Counted from the first letter of the stretch, positions 1-13,286 are shown. The stretch is DNA of 32,000 nt from Desulfotalea psychrophila LSv54 (GCF_000025945.1 NC_006138.1:1260001-1292000), one strand, 5' to 3'. Notes: generated by a model from the letters alone, not told the origin. Made by a program: numbers and translations.

Positions 1-1
1 T

Positions 2-3000
2 GTTTCTCAGCTTCAACGATCTCCGGGACTTTTCTACAGTCATGATAACGGTAAGAGTCACTCTAGTGGAAAGCTATTGTACTCTGCACGTATCATCCCT
101 GTACGTGGTTCTTGGATTGATCTTGAATTTGATATTAAAGATGTTCTGCATGTTCGTATTGATCGCAGAAGAAAGTTTCCTGTAACTACTCTGCTCAAGG
201 CCCTTGGGTACAGTAGTGAAGAGCTCCTCAGAGAGTTTTATCCTCTTGAAAATGTTAAACTTAGCGATGGAAAATACTGGGTGCGTTTTGTAGCAGAGCA
301 CACAGCGGGCCAGCGTTTAGAGTTTGATTTAGTAAACCCTCAAGATGGTGAGATCCTCGCTAAGAAGGGGCGTAAAATTAGCAAGGCCCTCTGTCGCAAG
401 GCTGTCGAAGCTGGCATCGAATTTATCGAGGCTTCCAGTGAGACAATTTTGGGTAAAGTTCTCGCATCCGCTATTACCCTGGCTGGCGCCGAAGAACCTC
501 TCTACCCTTGTAATACAGAAATTACTGAGACCGTATTAGAAAATTTGGCCGAGAATGGTATTAATGAGTTTGAAACCCTTTTTATGGATGGTGTTAACTA
601 CTCTGCATCCTTCAGCCATACCCTCAGGCTTGATAAGGTAATCACTACAGCGGAAGCTCTGTTGGAAATTTACCGTCGTCTGCGTCCGTCATCGCCTCCT
701 ACCCTGGAAATTGCCACGACATTTTTTGAGAATCTGTTCTTTAATCCAGATCTCTACGACCTTTCCGAGGTTGGACGTTATAAGATTAACGCAAAATTAG
801 GTCTCAAAACAGATATTGAGCACCGTGCCCTTACCAGAGATGATATCATTTATGGTGTTCGTTATCTTGTGCGTCTGAAAGACAATCAAGGCGGCATCGA
901 TGATATTGATCATCTTGGTAATCGTCGTGTGCGTACCGTAGGTGAGTTGGTTGAAAATCAGTACCGCATGGGACTGGTTCGTATGGAACGTGCGATCAAA
1001 GAGCGTATGACTCTGCAAGATGTAGAGACCCTTATGCCCCATGATCTTATCAATCCAAAGCCAATTTCAGCTGCAATCAAAGAGTTTTTTGGTACTTCCC
1101 AGCTGTCTCAGTTTATGGATCAGACCAATGCTCTTTCCGAGGTCACCCACAAGAGACGTCTTTCAGCTCTTGGACCCGGCGGTCTTTCTCGCGAGCGAGC
1201 AGGTTTTGAAGTACGTGATGTTCATCCAACCCATTATGGTCGAATTTGTCCGATTGAAACTCCAGAGGGACCAAATATTGGTCTTATTGTTTCTCTCGCC
1301 ACCTACGCCCGGGTAAATCCATATGGTTTTATTGAAACTCCATATCGTAAGGTTGAAAATCGTGTTATTTTAGATGATATTAGATATTTAAGTGCACTTG
1401 AAGAGCAGAAGCAGATTATAGCTCCTGCCCTTGTCGCCCTTGAAGCCGATCACCAGTCCATCTCTGAAGGCAATCTTATTGCCCGTGAAGAGGGTGATGT
1501 TATAACTATAGGTTCGGATAATGTAACCTATATGGATGTTGCTCCGAATCAGATGATCTCGGTGGCAGCCTCTCTTGTCCCATTTCTTGAAAATGATGAT
1601 GCTAACCGGGCCCTGATGGGGTCGAACATGCAACGTCAGGCCGTACCACTTCTTGTTACCGCAGCACCGCTTGTTGGTACAGGCATGGAACGTTATGTAG
1701 CCCGTGATTCTGGTGCCTGTCTGCTCAGTGCTGGCGATGGCGTGGTTGAAGAGGTTGATTCGAATCGGGTCGTTGTGCGTTACGATAAGCCCGGCGTTGA
1801 TGGTTATGATACTGGTGTGGCGGTATATCGTCTTACCAAGTATAAAAAATCTAACCAGAACACCTGTTTTACTCAAACGCCAACCATTCTTCCTGGCCTT
1901 AAGGTGGAGAAGGGAACTCTTCTTGCCGATGGTCCTGGTTGCGAGGCTGGTGAGCTTGCCCTTGGTAAAAATCTTACCGTTGCCTTCATGCCTTGGCGTG
2001 GATTTAACTATGAGGATTCCATCCTTATTAATGAGAGACTCCTTAAGGAAGATGCCTATACCTCTATTCACATTGATGTGTTTGAGACCATGGCCCGGGA
2101 TACCAAGCTTGGTAAGGAAGAGATTACCCGCGATATTCCAAATGTTTCCGAGGATACCCTGCGTAATCTGGATGACTCAGGCATTGTCCGTGTTGGTGCC
2201 GAGATCAAACCGGGTGACACCCTTGTCGGTAAGGTAACTCCAAAAGGAGAGACCGTACTTTCACCGGAAGAGAAGCTCCTGCGAGCAATCTTTGGTGAGA
2301 AGGCACAGGATGTTAAGGATTCAAGCCTTCGTGTTCCACCGGGAGTGACCGGTGTTGTCATTGATGCTAAGGTCTTCTCGCGTAAAGGTGTTGATAAGGA
2401 CGAACGTTCTTTGATGATCGAGGATCTTGAAATTGAGAGACTTGAAGGTGATAAGCGCGATGAGCTTCGCAGTCTGAAAAACGGTGTTTGTCGTGAGCTC
2501 GGTGAGCTTATTGCCGGCAATACTGCTCTAGGGGACATCCTTGATAGCAAAGGTGAGCTTCTGATCTCCTCCGGGGATAAGATCGAGGTAGTTCATGCCA
2601 TTGCCATTGGTTTTCATCGTCTAAAGGATATCGACTTTTCTGGAATGGCAGACTGCACTGATCGGATGGATGCCGCCTACGAGCGTTACCAGAAGCAGGC
2701 AGAGGTTATTGCCCAGCGTTATGATGGTATCATTGAACGTCAGAAGAAGGGTGATGATCTTCCTCCAGGCGTAGTGAAGATGGTGAAGGTTTATGTTGCA
2801 ACCAAACGTAAACTCTCAGTTGGTGATAAGATGGCGGGACGACACGGTAATAAAGGTGTTGTTTCTAGAATCTTGCCAGAAGAGGATATGCCGTACTTTG
2901 CAAATGGTGATACTGTAGATATCGTTCTCAACCCACTGGGTGTACCTTCTCGTATGAACGTTGGTCAGATTCTTGAGGTCCATTTGGGTTTTGCTGCTAA

Positions 3001-3652
3001 AAATCTGGGTGCTCAGCTTGAGAAACTTGCAGAGCAGTATGCTGTGGAAGAGATCAAGGCAAAACTTAGCCGTGTTTATTCAGACAGTGAGTATCACGCT
3101 ATTATTGATGGCAAGACCGATGCCGAGGTAATTGACTGGGCATATCGTCATCGTAAAGGATTGCATATGGCGACACCTGTATTTGATGGTGCCGAGGAAG
3201 CTGAGATTCGTAAATTGCTTATCGAATCAGGTGTTGATAAGGGCGGACAGAGCCAGTTGTATGATGGTCTTACCGGAGAACCCTTTGCCAACCTTGTTAC
3301 CGTTGGTGTGATGTATATGTTGAAACTCCATCACTTGGTAGATAACAAGATTCACGCTCGTTCGACTGGTCCATACTCCCTTGTTACCCAGCAACCGCTC
3401 GGTGGTAAGGCTCAGTTTGGTGGTCAGCGTCTGGGTGAGATGGAGGTCTGGGCAATGGAGGCATATGGTGCCGCCTATACCTTGAAAGAATTTTTGACTG
3501 TTAAATCTGATGATGTGGAAGGCCGTACAACCATGTATGAGCGCATCGTCAAAGGAAACAATTTCCTGACAACTGGTTTACCAGAATCGTTCCACGTTCT
3601 TGTGAAAGAGCTGCAAGGACTTTGCTTGAATATGGAACTAATCGAAGAATAG
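2..3652 (+). CDS. rpoB: DNA-directed RNA polymerase subunit beta, 5'-truncated by window edge
   Basis: Frame is open from base 2 ([38 protein letters not shown]...), so the ORF-track start at 77 is internal. Contains [44 protein letters not shown] and MAGRHGNKG. Confidence 0.99.
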   Translation, partial: VSQLQRSPGLFYSHDNGKSHSSGKLLYSARIIPVRGSWIDLEFDIKDVLHVRIDRRRKFPVTTLLKALGYSSEELLREFYPLENVKLSDGKYWVRFVAEHTAGQRLEFDLVNPQDGEILAKKGRKISKALCRKAVEAGIEFIEASSETILGKVLASAITLAGAEEPLYPCNTEITETVLENLAENGINEFETLFMDGVNYSASFSHTLRLDKVITTAEALLEIYRRLRPSSPPTLEIATTFFENLFFNPDLYDLSEVGRYKINAKLGLKTDIEHRALTRDDIIYGVRYLVRLKDNQGGIDDIDHLGNRRVRTVGELVENQYRMGLVRMERAIKERMTLQDVETLMPHDLINPKPISAAIKEFFGTSQLSQFMDQTNALSEVTHKRRLSALGPGGLSRERAGFEVRDVHPTHYGRICPIETPEGPNIGLIVSLATYARVNPYGFIETPYRKVENRVILDDIRYLSALEEQKQIIAPALVALEADHQSISEGNLIAREEGDVITIGSDNVTYMDVAPNQMISVAASLVPFLENDDANRALMGSNMQRQAVPLLVTAAPLVGTGMERYVARDSGACLLSAGDGVVEEVDSNRVVVRYDKPGVDGYDTGVAVYRLTKYKKSNQNTCFTQTPTILPGLKVEKGTLLADGPGCEAGELALGKNLTVAFMPWRGFNYEDSILINERLLKEDAYTSIHIDVFETMARDTKLGKEEITRDIPNVSEDTLRNLDDSGIVRVGAEIKPGDTLVGKVTPKGETVLSPEEKLLRAIFGEKAQDVKDSSLRVPPGVTGVVIDAKVFSRKGVDKDERSLMIEDLEIERLEGDKRDELRSLKNGVCRELGELIAGNTALGDILDSKGELLISSGDKIEVVHAIAIGFHRLKDIDFSGMADCTDRMDAAYERYQKQAEVIAQRYDGIIERQKKGDDLPPGVVKMVKVYVATKRKLSVGDKMAGRHGNKGVVSRILPEEDMPYFANGDTVDIVLNPLGVPSRMNVGQILEVHLGFAAKNLGAQLEKLAEQYAVEEIKAKLSRVYSDSEYHAIIDGKTDAEVIDWAYRHRKGLHMATPVFDGAEEAEIRKLLIESGVDKGGQSQLYDGLTGEPFANLVTVGVMYMLKLHHLVDNKIHARSTGPYSLVTQQPLGGKAQFGGQRLGEMEVWAMEAYGAAYTLKEFLTVKSDDVEGRTTMYERIVKGNNFLTTGLPESFHVLVKELQGLCLNMELIEE

Positions 3653-3670
3653 AAAAATCAGTTACTGACT

Positions 3671-3698
3671 CGGGCAGGTTTTGCAAAAGACCTGCCCG
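3671..3698 (+). promoter_or_regulatory. Hairpin between rpoB and rpoC, no T-run
   Basis: CGGGCAGGT (3671-3679) / ACCTGCCCG (3690-3698), 10-nt loop. Confidence 0.6.
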
Positions 3699-3773
3699 GG
3701 CTCTGATCTCTTCAAAGTCTGTGGTACTTATGTGTGCCCGACAAATCCTACAACATGTAGAAGAGGTGATTTA

Positions 3774-6700
3774 GTGGAAGAGTTATTTAATTTTTTTCAA
3801 AAGCCGAAAGGACCAGTAAAATTCAATAAGGTTAAGATCTCTCTTGCTTCGCCAGAGCAGATTATCGACTGGTCACATGGCGAGGTTAAAAAGCCTGAGA
3901 CGATTAATTATAGAACATTCAAGCCGGAAAGAGATGGTCTCTTCTGTGCAAAAGTTTTTGGTCCTGTAAAAGACTTTGAATGTAATTGTGGAAAATATAA
4001 GCGCATGAAGCACAGAGGCGTTGTCTGTGAAAAATGCGGTGTTGAGGTTATTCAGTCCAAGGTACGACGTGAGCGACTCGGTCACATCAGTCTTGCCGCA
4101 CCTGTAGCCCATATATGGTTTCTCAAGAGTTTGCCCAGTAAGATTGGTGCCGTTCTTGATATGACCCTGAAGCAACTGGAAAAGGTTCTCTACTTCGAGA
4201 ACTATGCAGTTACTCAATCCGAGGTTGAAGAGTTGCCTCTCGGCACCCTTCTTACCGAAGAAAAATATCGTCAGGCCTTAAGCGAATACCCCGCTCAATT
4301 TAAAGTGGGTATCGGTGCAGAGGCTATTCGTGAACTTCTTGCGGCCCAAGATCTCATTGGACTCTCTCGAGTTTTACGAGAAGAGATGGCTAGCACCAGT
4401 TCACAGACCAAGCGGCAAAAACTTGGTAAGCGACTCTTTGTTATCGAGGCTTTCCGTGATTCAGGTAATAAGCCTGAGTGGATGATTCTTCAGGTGATCC
4501 CCGTGTTGCCACCGGATCTTCGTCCTCTTGTGCCTCTGGAAGGTGGACGTTTTGCCACCTCTGATCTTAATGATCTTTATCGTCGGGTAATTAACCGTAA
4601 TAACCGACTGAAGAGACTCTTAGAGCTCGATGCGCCTGATATTATTATCCGCAACGAGAAGAGAATGTTGCAGGAATCTGTGGACGTACTCTTTGATAAT
4701 GGTCGTCGTGGTCGAGTGATTACCGGTGCCAATAAGCGTCCTCTGAAATCTCTTTCAGATATGCTTAAGGGTAAGCAGGGACGTTTTCGTCAAAATCTCC
4801 TCGGTAAGCGTGTTGATTATTCCGGTCGTTCCGTAATTGTTGTAGGACCGCATTTGCGTCTGCATCAGTGTGGTATTCCAAAGAAAATGGCACTTGAGCT
4901 TTTCAAGCCATTTATCTATAACCGTCTCGAGCGCAAAGGTCTTGTTACCACGATCAAGAGTGCCCGTAAGATGGTTGAAAAGGGTGCCAAGGAAGTATGG
5001 GATGTGCTCGAAGAGGTGGTAACAGAGTATCCTGTTATCCTCAACCGCGCGCCGACCCTGCATAGACTCGGTATGCAGGCATTTGAAGCGGTACTGATTG
5101 AGGGTAAGGCTATTCGTCTTCACCCACTTGTCTGTATGGCCTTTAATGCTGATTTTGATGGTGATCAGATGGCAGTTCACGTACCTCTCTCTGTGGAAGC
5201 ACAGGTTGAAGCTCGTGTACTGATGATGTCTACCAATAATATCCTCTCTCCTGCAAACGGCGAGCCGGTTATTATCCCATCTCAGGATATCGTTCTCGGT
5301 CTCTACTATATGACCCGAGAGAGAATTAATGTGAAGGGTGAAGGACGGGTATTCTCCTCCGTGGATGAGGCAATTATCTCCTACGATTATAAGGAGACCG
5401 ACCTGCAGGCTAAGGTTAAGGTTCGTCGTCCAGAGGGTATTGTTGACACCACCATGGGACGTATTATCCTTGGAGAGTTGGTGCCAAAGTCTGTACCTTT
5501 TGTCGAGGTGAATAAGGTAATGAGCAAGAAGGCCCTGGCGGCTCTTATTGATTATACCTACCGTCACGCAGGTACCAAAGATACTGTTATCTTAGCCGAT
5601 AGACTTAAAGATACCGGTTATGAGTATGCAACACGTGCCGGTATCTCCATCTGTATTGATGATATGAAGATCCCTGCTACTAAAGTGGGATTGGTCAAGA
5701 AAGGAGAAGACGAGGTACTGGATGTAGAGCAACAGTACTCCGATGGTCTTATCACCGCTGGTGAGAAGTACAATAAGGTCATTGATATCTGGTCTAAAGT
5801 CTCAGAGGATGTTGCTAATGAGATGATGGATGAGATTAAGACGGAGACCTTTGAAGACAAGGATGGTAATCTTGTTGAGGGGCCAAGTTTTAACTCTATC
5901 TTTGTTATGGCAGATTCTGGAGCAAGGGGTTCGCGTGATCAGATTCGTCAGTTGGCCGGTATGCGTGGTCTGATGGCAAAACCATCGGGCGCGATTATCG
6001 AGACTCCTATTAAGGCGAACTTCCGTGAAGGACTTGATGTACTTGAGTACTTTATCTCCACTCACGGTGCTCGTAAAGGTCTTGCCGATACCGCACTTAA
6101 AACTGCAAACTCTGGTTATCTCACCCGTCGTCTGGTTGATGTTGCTCAGGAAGCTACCATTGTCGAGGCTGATTGTCAGACCCTTGATGGTATTGTTGCA
6201 GAGCCCCTTCTCGATGGTGGTGAAGTTCTTGTACCACTGGGAGATCGTATTCTCGGTCGTGTTGCCCTTGAGGACGTTGTTGATCCGTTTACCGGTGAAG
6301 TTCTTGTGGTTGCAGGCGAGCAGATGGAAGAGGATAAGGTTGCCATTCTCGAAGAGGCAGGCATTGACAGGGTCATGATTCGTTCTGTTTTGACTTGTCG
6401 TTCTAAGCGCGGTGTATGTGCGGCCTGTTACGGCCGTGATCTTGGCCGTGGTCACCTTATTAACCAGGGTGAGGCTGTAGGTGTTATTGCCGCACAATCA
6501 ATTGGTGAGCCCGGCACACAGCTTACCATGCGTACCTTCCATATTGGTGGTACTGCGAGTCGTTCTGTTGAACAGGCAGAGATTCGTACCCATCGAGGTG
6601 GTAAGGTTGCCTTTAATAATCTCCACTATGTTGAGAATTCAAGTGGTGTGAAGATTGTTATGAACCGTAATGCCGAGATCTTTGTCAAAGATGAGTTCGG

Positions 6701-7823
6701 TCGTGACCGTGAGAAGTTTAAGGTTAACTACGGTGCTCAGGTTCTGGTTAAGGAAGGCGAAGATATAGAGCGCGATACCGTTCTGGCCGATTGGGATGCC
6801 TATACTATTCCAATTGTGGCAGAGGTTGGTGGTATTATTCGTTACGGCGATATCTTTAACGGTATTACCATGCAAGAGAAGGTGGATCCAGTAACCGGAA
6901 AGTCCTCCATGGTTATTGTTCACTCTGCAGGTGGTGTGACTCTCAATCCACGCATTAGCGTGAAGAATGATCGTGGCAAAACCTTGAAATTGCCGGACTC
7001 TGAGGGCTTTGCTCGCTACAGTCTTCCTGTCGGGTCTCTTATCTCTGTTGAAGAGGGAGCTGAGATTAAGGCGGGTACTATCGTGGGTAAGATTCCTCGT
7101 GAGACCTCGAAGACTAAGGATATTACAGGTGGTCTTCCACGTGTTGCTGAGCTTTTTGAGGTGCGCAAGCCTAAGGATCCTGCTATCATTGCTAGAATTG
7201 ATGGCAAGGTTAGCTTTGGCAAGGAACTCAAGGGCAAGAGACGCGTTGTGGTGACCCCTGAGTACGGTGAGCAGCAAGAGTACCTTGTACCTAAGGCAAA
7301 GCATATTATCGTTCATGAAGGCGATTACGTGCAGGCTGGTGAGCCTCTCATGGAAGGTACCATTGTACCAAATGATATCTTGAGTGTGCTTGGTGTTAAG
7401 GCACTGGCAAAATTCCTGGTGGATGAGATCCAAGAGGTGTATCGTCTCCAGGGTGTAAAAATTAATGACAAACATATTGAAGTTATTGTGCGTCAGATGC
7501 TCAAACGGGTACATATCACTCGAGCCAATGATTCTAAGTTTATGATTGGTGAGAATGTAGAGTGGTGGAAGTTTGAGGAAGAGAGAGATCGTCTTCTTGC
7601 CGAAGGAAAGAAACCTGGTGCTGCCGAGCCGTTATTGCTTGGTGTCACAAAGGCTTCACTTTCCACAGAAAGTTTTATTTCTGCGGCATCTTTCCAAGAG
7701 ACTACCAAGGTATTGACCAACGCAGCTATGTCTGGGCGGGTTGATGAGTTGCTAGGATTGAAAGAAAATGTTATTATGGGACGTTTGATTTCTGCGGGTA
7801 CAGGTATTAATAGGGTCGATTAA
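3774..7823 (+). CDS. rpoC: DNA-directed RNA polymerase subunit beta'
   Basis: Contains [57 protein letters not shown] and catalytic NADFDGD. GTG start at 3774 preceded by AGAGGTGA; the track's 3681 start adds a non-homologous-looking extension. Confidence 0.98.
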   Translation: MEELFNFFQKPKGPVKFNKVKISLASPEQIIDWSHGEVKKPETINYRTFKPERDGLFCAKVFGPVKDFECNCGKYKRMKHRGVVCEKCGVEVIQSKVRRERLGHISLAAPVAHIWFLKSLPSKIGAVLDMTLKQLEKVLYFENYAVTQSEVEELPLGTLLTEEKYRQALSEYPAQFKVGIGAEAIRELLAAQDLIGLSRVLREEMASTSSQTKRQKLGKRLFVIEAFRDSGNKPEWMILQVIPVLPPDLRPLVPLEGGRFATSDLNDLYRRVINRNNRLKRLLELDAPDIIIRNEKRMLQESVDVLFDNGRRGRVITGANKRPLKSLSDMLKGKQGRFRQNLLGKRVDYSGRSVIVVGPHLRLHQCGIPKKMALELFKPFIYNRLERKGLVTTIKSARKMVEKGAKEVWDVLEEVVTEYPVILNRAPTLHRLGMQAFEAVLIEGKAIRLHPLVCMAFNADFDGDQMAVHVPLSVEAQVEARVLMMSTNNILSPANGEPVIIPSQDIVLGLYYMTRERINVKGEGRVFSSVDEAIISYDYKETDLQAKVKVRRPEGIVDTTMGRIILGELVPKSVPFVEVNKVMSKKALAALIDYTYRHAGTKDTVILADRLKDTGYEYATRAGISICIDDMKIPATKVGLVKKGEDEVLDVEQQYSDGLITAGEKYNKVIDIWSKVSEDVANEMMDEIKTETFEDKDGNLVEGPSFNSIFVMADSGARGSRDQIRQLAGMRGLMAKPSGAIIETPIKANFREGLDVLEYFISTHGARKGLADTALKTANSGYLTRRLVDVAQEATIVEADCQTLDGIVAEPLLDGGEVLVPLGDRILGRVALEDVVDPFTGEVLVVAGEQMEEDKVAILEEAGIDRVMIRSVLTCRSKRGVCAACYGRDLGRGHLINQGEAVGVIAAQSIGEPGTQLTMRTFHIGGTASRSVEQAEIRTHRGGKVAFNNLHYVENSSGVKIVMNRNAEIFVKDEFGRDREKFKVNYGAQVLVKEGEDIERDTVLADWDAYTIPIVAEVGGIIRYGDIFNGITMQEKVDPVTGKSSMVIVHSAGGVTLNPRISVKNDRGKTLKLPDSEGFARYSLPVGSLISVEEGAEIKAGTIVGKIPRETSKTKDITGGLPRVAELFEVRKPKDPAIIARIDGKVSFGKELKGKRRVVVTPEYGEQQEYLVPKAKHIIVHEGDYVQAGEPLMEGTIVPNDILSVLGVKALAKFLVDEIQEVYRLQGVKINDKHIEVIVRQMLKRVHITRANDSKFMIGENVEWWKFEEERDRLLAEGKKPGAAEPLLLGVTKASLSTESFISAASFQETTKVLTNAAMSGRVDELLGLKENVIMGRLISAGTGINRVD

Positions 7824-7858
7824 GATCGCCTGTATTTGCTGTTTTTGTTGTTTTAAGC

Positions 7859-7887
7859 TTGACACTGCGGCGACGTTAGGGTAAAAA
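7859..7887 (+). promoter_or_regulatory. Candidate sigma70-type promoter upstream of rpsL-rpsG-fusA-tuf
   Basis: TTGACA - 17 nt - TAAAAA in the 243-nt rpoC-rpsL gap. Confidence 0.45.
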
Positions 7888-8066
7888 ACTCTACTTTCGT
7901 GCATTATACGTATCGAACTTTGCCAAGGTGTCAAGGCACTTTGTTTATATGAAAGTATGGAACTTTTTTATATGAACGCTGGTTTATTTTTAAAAGTTTC
8001 GTACTTGGTTGTTCTCGGTTTCCGAGGATAAAAGTTTATAGTTGAGTAAAACAGGAGTGGTGGAGC

Positions 8067-8441
8067 ATGCCAACAATTAACCAACTTGTAAGACAAGGGC
8101 GTAAAAAGTCTGTTAAGAAGACTAATACCCCGGCTCTTAAGGGATGTCCTCAAAAGCGAGGCGTTTGCGTAAGAGTTTATACAACTACACCAAAGAAGCC
8201 AAACTCCGCTCTCCGTAAGGTAGCAAGAGTAAGGTTGACCAATGGTATAGAAGTTACTTCATATATCCCCGGTATTGGACATAATCTTCAGGAACACTCT
8301 GTTGTTATGATTCGTGGCGGCAGGGTTAAGGATTTACCAGGTGTTCGTTATCACGTTATTCGTGGTACTTTGGATACATTGGGAGTTTCCGATCGTCGTC
8401 AAGGACGTTCTAAGTATGGAGCAAAGAAACCGTCTAAGTGA
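8067..8441 (+). CDS. rpsL: 30S ribosomal protein S12
   Basis: [57 protein letters not shown]; SD 'ggagtgg' upstream. Confidence 0.99.
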   Translation: MPTINQLVRQGRKKSVKKTNTPALKGCPQKRGVCVRVYTTTPKKPNSALRKVARVRLTNGIEVTSYIPGIGHNLQEHSVVMIRGGRVKDLPGVRYHVIRGTLDTLGVSDRRQGRSKYGAKKPSK

Positions 8442-8462
8442 TGCCGGTTTGAGGGATAAAAT

Positions 8463-8936
8463 ATGTCACGTAGAAAAACTATAGAAAAACGTCCGGTTAC
8501 CCCAGATCCTCGTTTCAATAGTGTCTTGGTTGCAAAGTTTACCAATGGCCTTATGGAACGTGGCAAGAAGAGTCTTGCTCAGCGTATCTTTTATGATGCG
8601 ATGGATCTTGTAGCTGATCGTATGAAAGACGAAGAGCCTTTGACAGTATTCGAAGAGGCCATGGAAAAAGTTCGTCCACGCGTTGAGGTTAAGTCTCGTC
8701 GTGTTGGTGGTGCAACTTACCAGGTGCCTATGGAAATTCGTCAAGCTCGTCGTAATGCTCTTGCTATTCGCTGGATTATTAGCTATGCAAAGTCTCGTTC
8801 AGGGAAGTGCATGTCTGAAAAGCTTGCTTCAGAAGTGATGGATGCTTTTAATAATCGTGGCGCTGCTGTGAAGAAGCGTGATGATACTCACCGTATGGCT
8901 GAGGCTAATAAGGCATTCGCTCATTATCGTTGGTAA
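8463..8936 (+). CDS. rpsG: 30S ribosomal protein S7
   Basis: [48 protein letters not shown]...; position after rpsL. Confidence 0.98.
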   Translation: MSRRKTIEKRPVTPDPRFNSVLVAKFTNGLMERGKKSLAQRIFYDAMDLVADRMKDEEPLTVFEEAMEKVRPRVEVKSRRVGGATYQVPMEIRQARRNALAIRWIISYAKSRSGKCMSEKLASEVMDAFNNRGAAVKKRDDTHRMAEANKAFAHYRW

Positions 8937-8998
8937 GTTTGAGCTAAGCTAGATAAGGGCTGGCGTCAACCTAGTTGAGATTTGTTAAGAGGGAGTTG

Positions 8999-11077
8999 AT
9001 GGTGGCCCAAATAAATTTGAAAGACGTGCGCAATATTGGCATTATGGCCCATATTGACGCAGGTAAGACAACGACAACCGAAAGAATTCTTTACTATACC
9101 GGTCGTTCTCATAAGATTGGTGAGGTTCATGATGGCAACGCCGTTATGGATTGGATGGAGCAGGAACAGGAGAGGGGCATTACGATCACCTCGGCTGCTA
9201 CTACTTGTATCTGGAAGGGAAAGAAAATCAACATAATCGACACGCCTGGGCATGTGGATTTCACTGTTGAGGTTGAGCGCTCTCTTCGAGTGCTTGACGG
9301 AGTTGTTGCTGTTTTCTGTGCCGTGGGAGGTGTTGAGCCTCAGTCTGAGACCGTTTGGCGTCAGGCTAATAAGTATTTTATTCCTCGTGTAGCTTTTATA
9401 AATAAAATGGATCGTGTGGGTGCTGACTTTGATCATTGTCTTGCAATGATAGAGAAACGCCTGAGAGCGAATCCTGTAGCAGTGCAAATTCCGGTTGGTA
9501 GTGAAGCGGAATTTGCAGGTGTAATTGACCTCATTGAAGGAGAGATGTATGCCTTCGATGATGCGACTCTTGGCCAGGAAGTCGAAAGGCGAGAGGTTCC
9601 TACAGAATATAAAGAAAGATTCACGGCCGCACGTATAAGTCTTCTCGAGAAGTTGGCCGACTTCGATGAGGAGCTTATGGAAAAATTCTTAGATGATGAA
9701 CTTATTTCATCGGCTACAATATACAAGGCTTTGCGAAAGGCGACCTTGGCCTTAGAACTTGTTCCTGTTTTTTGCGGGAGTGCTTTTAAGAATAAGGGCG
9801 TTCAACCTTTGCTTGACGGTGTGGTAAATTATTTACCATCTCCTCTTGATGTCAAACCCGTTGAGGGTGTTGACAAGGATGGAGTCGAGGTAAGTCGGAA
9901 GGCTGACCCTAGTGAGAAGTTTGCTGGGTTGGTGTTTAAACTTATGAGTGACTCGTTCGTTGAAAATCTTGCCTTTATCAGAGTTTACTCTGGTACCTTG
10001 AAACAGGGGGATAAAGTTTTTAACCCTATAAAAGGAAAGCAAGAAAAAATTGGTAAGCTGCTTCGGCTGCATGCCAATAAACGAGAGGAAGTTAAGGAAA
10101 TTGTCGCAGGCGATATCGGCGCTGTGGTTGGTTTGAAGTTTACCACCACCGGTGACACCCTATGCGAGAAAGAGGCACAGATCATACTGGAAAGTATGGA
10201 GTTCCCCGATCCTGTTATTGGTGTTGCTATTGAGCCGAGTAGTAAGGCTGATGAAAAGAAGTTGACAGAGTCCTTGGCTAAAATTGCCCTTGAGGATCCT
10301 TCCTTTGTGGTTTCACAAAATGAGGATACCGGGCAGACAATAATTTCAGGAATGGGTGAGCTTCACCTAGAGATTATTGTGTATAGGCTTTTGAATGAAT
10401 TTAAGGTTGCGGCTCGAGTAGGTACTCCTCAAGTTTCTTATAAAGAGAGCATTCAACGGTCACATTCGGCAGAAGGTCTTTTTGAACAACCTACGGGAAG
10501 CAGTAACCAGTTTGCCAAGGTAGTCCTAGAGATAGAGCCTCTTGAGCGTGGTGCTGGTATTGAGTTTGTTTGTGAGGTTGACGAAAAACAAATACCTGCA
10601 GAATTTTTGGGGGCTGTTGAACGAGGTGTTGTCGATAGCTTAGATTCTGGTCCTCTGGTTGGCTATCCCGTGACAGATGTACGGGTAAGGCTTGTCGGTG
10701 GAGCGTATCACGAAGAAGATTCTACCGAGATGGCCTTTGGGGTTTCGGCCTCTATTGCAGTAAGAAAGGCTGCGTCAGAAGCTGATTCGGTTCTGCTTGA
10801 ACCTATAATGTCTCTTGAAGTTATTACTCCTGACGAGTATTTAGGGGATGCTATTGGTGATCTTAACAAGAAGAGAGCCAAGGTGGTTGGAGTAGAGGTA
10901 GAAGGTGATTTACAAAAATTGTTAGCCCATGTGCCACTATCCGAGATGTTTGGTTATTCTACATCTCTTCGGTCAGCGACCCAGGGACGAGCCAATTTTA
11001 CTATGCAGTTTCTTGCATATGACGTAGTGCCGGCGAATAAGGCCGAGACAATTATAAAAAAGATCAGAGGGATTTGA
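8999..11077 (+). CDS. fusA: Elongation factor G (somewhat divergent domain IV)
   Basis: GTPase motifs [22 protein letters not shown]; [14 protein letters not shown]; C-terminal [26 protein letters not shown]. Start ATG 8999 chosen from homology ([14 protein letters not shown]) and the upstream aagaggga. Confidence 0.95.
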   Translation: MVAQINLKDVRNIGIMAHIDAGKTTTTERILYYTGRSHKIGEVHDGNAVMDWMEQEQERGITITSAATTCIWKGKKINIIDTPGHVDFTVEVERSLRVLDGVVAVFCAVGGVEPQSETVWRQANKYFIPRVAFINKMDRVGADFDHCLAMIEKRLRANPVAVQIPVGSEAEFAGVIDLIEGEMYAFDDATLGQEVERREVPTEYKERFTAARISLLEKLADFDEELMEKFLDDELISSATIYKALRKATLALELVPVFCGSAFKNKGVQPLLDGVVNYLPSPLDVKPVEGVDKDGVEVSRKADPSEKFAGLVFKLMSDSFVENLAFIRVYSGTLKQGDKVFNPIKGKQEKIGKLLRLHANKREEVKEIVAGDIGAVVGLKFTTTGDTLCEKEAQIILESMEFPDPVIGVAIEPSSKADEKKLTESLAKIALEDPSFVVSQNEDTGQTIISGMGELHLEIIVYRLLNEFKVAARVGTPQVSYKESIQRSHSAEGLFEQPTGSSNQFAKVVLEIEPLERGAGIEFVCEVDEKQIPAEFLGAVERGVVDSLDSGPLVGYPVTDVRVRLVGGAYHEEDSTEMAFGVSASIAVRKAASEADSVLLEPIMSLEVITPDEYLGDAIGDLNKKRAKVVGVEVEGDLQKLLAHVPLSEMFGYSTSLRSATQGRANFTMQFLAYDVVPANKAETIIKKIRGI

Positions 11078-11101
11078 GTCCTAAAATATTGAGAGAACCT
11101 T

Positions 11102-12292
11102 ATGTCAAAAGAAAAATTTGAAAGGACAAAACCGCATGTTAATGTGGGCACCATTGGTCATATTGATCATGGTAAAACCACTTTGACTGCTGCTATTACT
11201 CGCGTATTGTCTACTAAGGGACAGGCCAGCTTCACTGATTTTAGTGATATTGATAAGGCCCCTGAAGAGAAAGAGCGCGGAATTACTATTGCAACCGCTC
11301 ACGTTGAGTATGAGACTGTAAATCGTCACTATGCTCATGTTGACTGTCCTGGTCACGCCGATTATATCAAGAATATGATCACCGGTGCTGCTCAGATGGA
11401 CGGTGCAATTTTGGTTGTTGCTGCAACCGATGGTGCTATGCCTCAGACCCGTGAGCACATTTTGCTTGCTCGTCAGGTTGGTGTACCGGCTATGGTCGTA
11501 TTTCTTAACAAATGCGACATGGTTGATGATGATGAGCTTATTGAGCTCGTTGAGATGGAGCTTCGTGAGCTTCTTGATGATTATGAGTTCCCTGGCGACG
11601 ATGTACCTTTCATTCATGGTTCTGCGCTTCTCGCTCTTGAGAATCCAGAAGATGAAGATAAGGCTGCATGTATCTGGGCGCTTATGGAAGCAATCGATTC
11701 TTACATTCCAGAACCAGAGCGTGATGTAGATCAGCCTTTCCTTATGCCTGTTGAAGATGTCTTCTCTATCTCCGGTCGTGGTACTGTTGCAACCGGTCGT
11801 GTTGAGCGTGGTATTATCAAGGTTGGAGAGGAAGTTGCGATAGTTGGCGTTAAAGATACCGTCAAGACCACCTGTACTGGTGTGGAAATGTTTCGCAAAC
11901 TACTTGACGAAGGCCGTGCTGGTGATAATATTGGTGCTCTCCTTCGTGGTGTTAAGCGCGAAGATATTGAGCGTGGTCAGGTTCTTGCTAAGCCAGGTAC
12001 CATTACACCTCATACCAAGTTTAAAGCAGAGTGCTACATCCTCGGGAAAGACGAGGGTGGACGACATACTCCATTTTTCAATGGTTATCGTCCACAGTTC
12101 TACTTCAGAACCACTGACGTGACTGGTGTTGTAAGTCTCCCAGAGGGAATTGAAATGGTTATGCCTGGTGATAACGTATCGGTTGACGCTACGCTTATTA
12201 CCCCAATCGCGATGGACGCAGGTCTTCGTTTTGCTATCCGTGAGGGTGGTAGAACTGTAGGTGCTGGTGTTATTAGTGAAATTATAGAATAA
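11102..12292 (+). CDS. tuf: Elongation factor Tu
   Basis: [68 protein letters not shown]. Confidence 0.99.
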   Translation: MSKEKFERTKPHVNVGTIGHIDHGKTTLTAAITRVLSTKGQASFTDFSDIDKAPEEKERGITIATAHVEYETVNRHYAHVDCPGHADYIKNMITGAAQMDGAILVVAATDGAMPQTREHILLARQVGVPAMVVFLNKCDMVDDDELIELVEMELRELLDDYEFPGDDVPFIHGSALLALENPEDEDKAACIWALMEAIDSYIPEPERDVDQPFLMPVEDVFSISGRGTVATGRVERGIIKVGEEVAIVGVKDTVKTTCTGVEMFRKLLDEGRAGDNIGALLRGVKREDIERGQVLAKPGTITPHTKFKAECYILGKDEGGRHTPFFNGYRPQFYFRTTDVTGVVSLPEGIEMVMPGDNVSVDATLITPIAMDAGLRFAIREGGRTVGAGVISEIIE

Positions 12293-12299
12293 AAGGTGC

Positions 12300-12617
12300 G
12301 TGATGATACCTACAGAGAAAATTCGTATTCGCTTAAAAGCTTACGATCATAAGCTTCTTGATCAATCTACTTCTGAGATTGTTGAGACTGCAAGAAGGAC
12401 TGGTTCTGCTGTTGTAGGCCCAATCCCTCTTCCAACATCCATTAATAAATTTTGTGTATTGCGCTCTCCTCATGTTAATAAAAAGTCGAGAGAGCAGTTC
12501 GAGATGAGAACCCATCGTCGCCTTCTTGATATATTAGAACCAACTCAGCAGACCATTGATCTGCTTATGAAGCTTGAGTTATCAGCGGGTGTTGATGTTG
12601 AGATTAAACTGCCTTAG
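12300..12617 (+). CDS. rpsJ: 30S ribosomal protein S10
   Basis: [72 protein letters not shown]; GTG 12300 or ATG 12303 start. Confidence 0.97.
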   Translation: MMIPTEKIRIRLKAYDHKLLDQSTSEIVETARRTGSAVVGPIPLPTSINKFCVLRSPHVNKKSREQFEMRTHRRLLDILEPTQQTIDLLMKLELSAGVDVEIKLP

Positions 12618-12656
12618 CAGCTGACGCTAAGCAAATAAGAAGTATCGGGTACTGTT

Positions 12657-13286
12657 ATGCCAAAGACAATGGGGATATTAGGTAAAAATATAGGGATGAC
12701 CCGTGTATACGGTGAAGTGGGTCAGGCAATCCCAGTCACTGTTGTACAAGCCGGGCCTTGTAAAGTTCTTCAAGTAAAAACAAACGCAACTGACGGTTAC
12801 AATGCTGTTCAAGTTGGTTTCGAAAATAAAAAAAGCTCTCGTGTGAATAAAGCGGAAGCTGGCCATTTTGCAAAATCAGATTCTGAAGGTTTCTACTTCG
12901 TACGTGAATTTCGCGTAGTTGATCCTGCAACATACAATGTTGGCGATATGATCAGTGTTGATGCACTTTTCAAAGCTGGCGATATTGTTGATGTACAGGG
13001 TACAAGTAAGGGACGTGGTTTTCAGGGTGTTATAAAGCGTTGGGGCTTCAAAGGTGGTCCTGGCGGACATGGTTCTAAGCATCATAGAGCGCCTGGTTCC
13101 ATCGGCTGTAGTGCTTATCCGGGACGTGTTGTTAAGGGCAAGAAAATGCCTGGTCGTATGGGTAATGATACGGTTCTTAAGAAGAACGTTACTGTGGTTG
13201 ATGTACGCATTGATGAAAACGTTGTTCTGCTTAAGGGTCCTATGCCTGGAGCTAAAAATGGTCTGTTAAAGATTTATTCCAAGTGA
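12657..13286 (+). CDS. rplC: 50S ribosomal protein L3
   Basis: Contains GTSKGRGFQGVIKRWGFKGGPGGHGSKHHRAPGSIG and GKKMPGRMGND. Confidence 0.98.
   Translation: MPKTMGILGKNIGMTRVYGEVGQAIPVTVVQAGPCKVLQVKTNATDGYNAVQVGFENKKSSRVNKAEAGHFAKSDSEGFYFVREFRVVDPATYNVGDMISVDALFKAGDIVDVQGTSKGRGFQGVIKRWGFKGGPGGHGSKHHRAPGSIGCSAYPGRVVKGKKMPGRMGNDTVLKKNVTVVDVRIDENVVLLKGPMPGAKNGLLKIYSK

Noticed and set aside
1117-1260. Rifampicin-resistance changes in rpoB and streptomycin-resistance changes in rpsL
   Set aside because: [33 protein letters not shown] and TTTPKKPNS carry the usual susceptible residues as far as can be read.
1388-2071. 227-aa ORF on minus strand inside rpoB (and similar long minus-strand ORFs in rpoC, e.g. 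4755-5567, 5802-6497, 6639-7514, and opposite tsf/pyrH at 28980-29657, 29666-30469)
   Set aside because: They lie wholly or mostly antisense to unmistakable conserved genes, show no recognisable domains, and are expected by-products of codon bias in highly expressed genes.
1704-2237. 177-aa alternate-frame plus-strand ORF inside rpoB
   Set aside because: Overlaps rpoB completely in another frame, with no recognisable family; shadow ORF.
3681-3773. Upstream start for rpoC ([22 protein letters not shown]...)
   Set aside because: GTG 3774 has a proper SD and matches the normal beta' N-terminus; the extension includes part of the intergenic hairpin.
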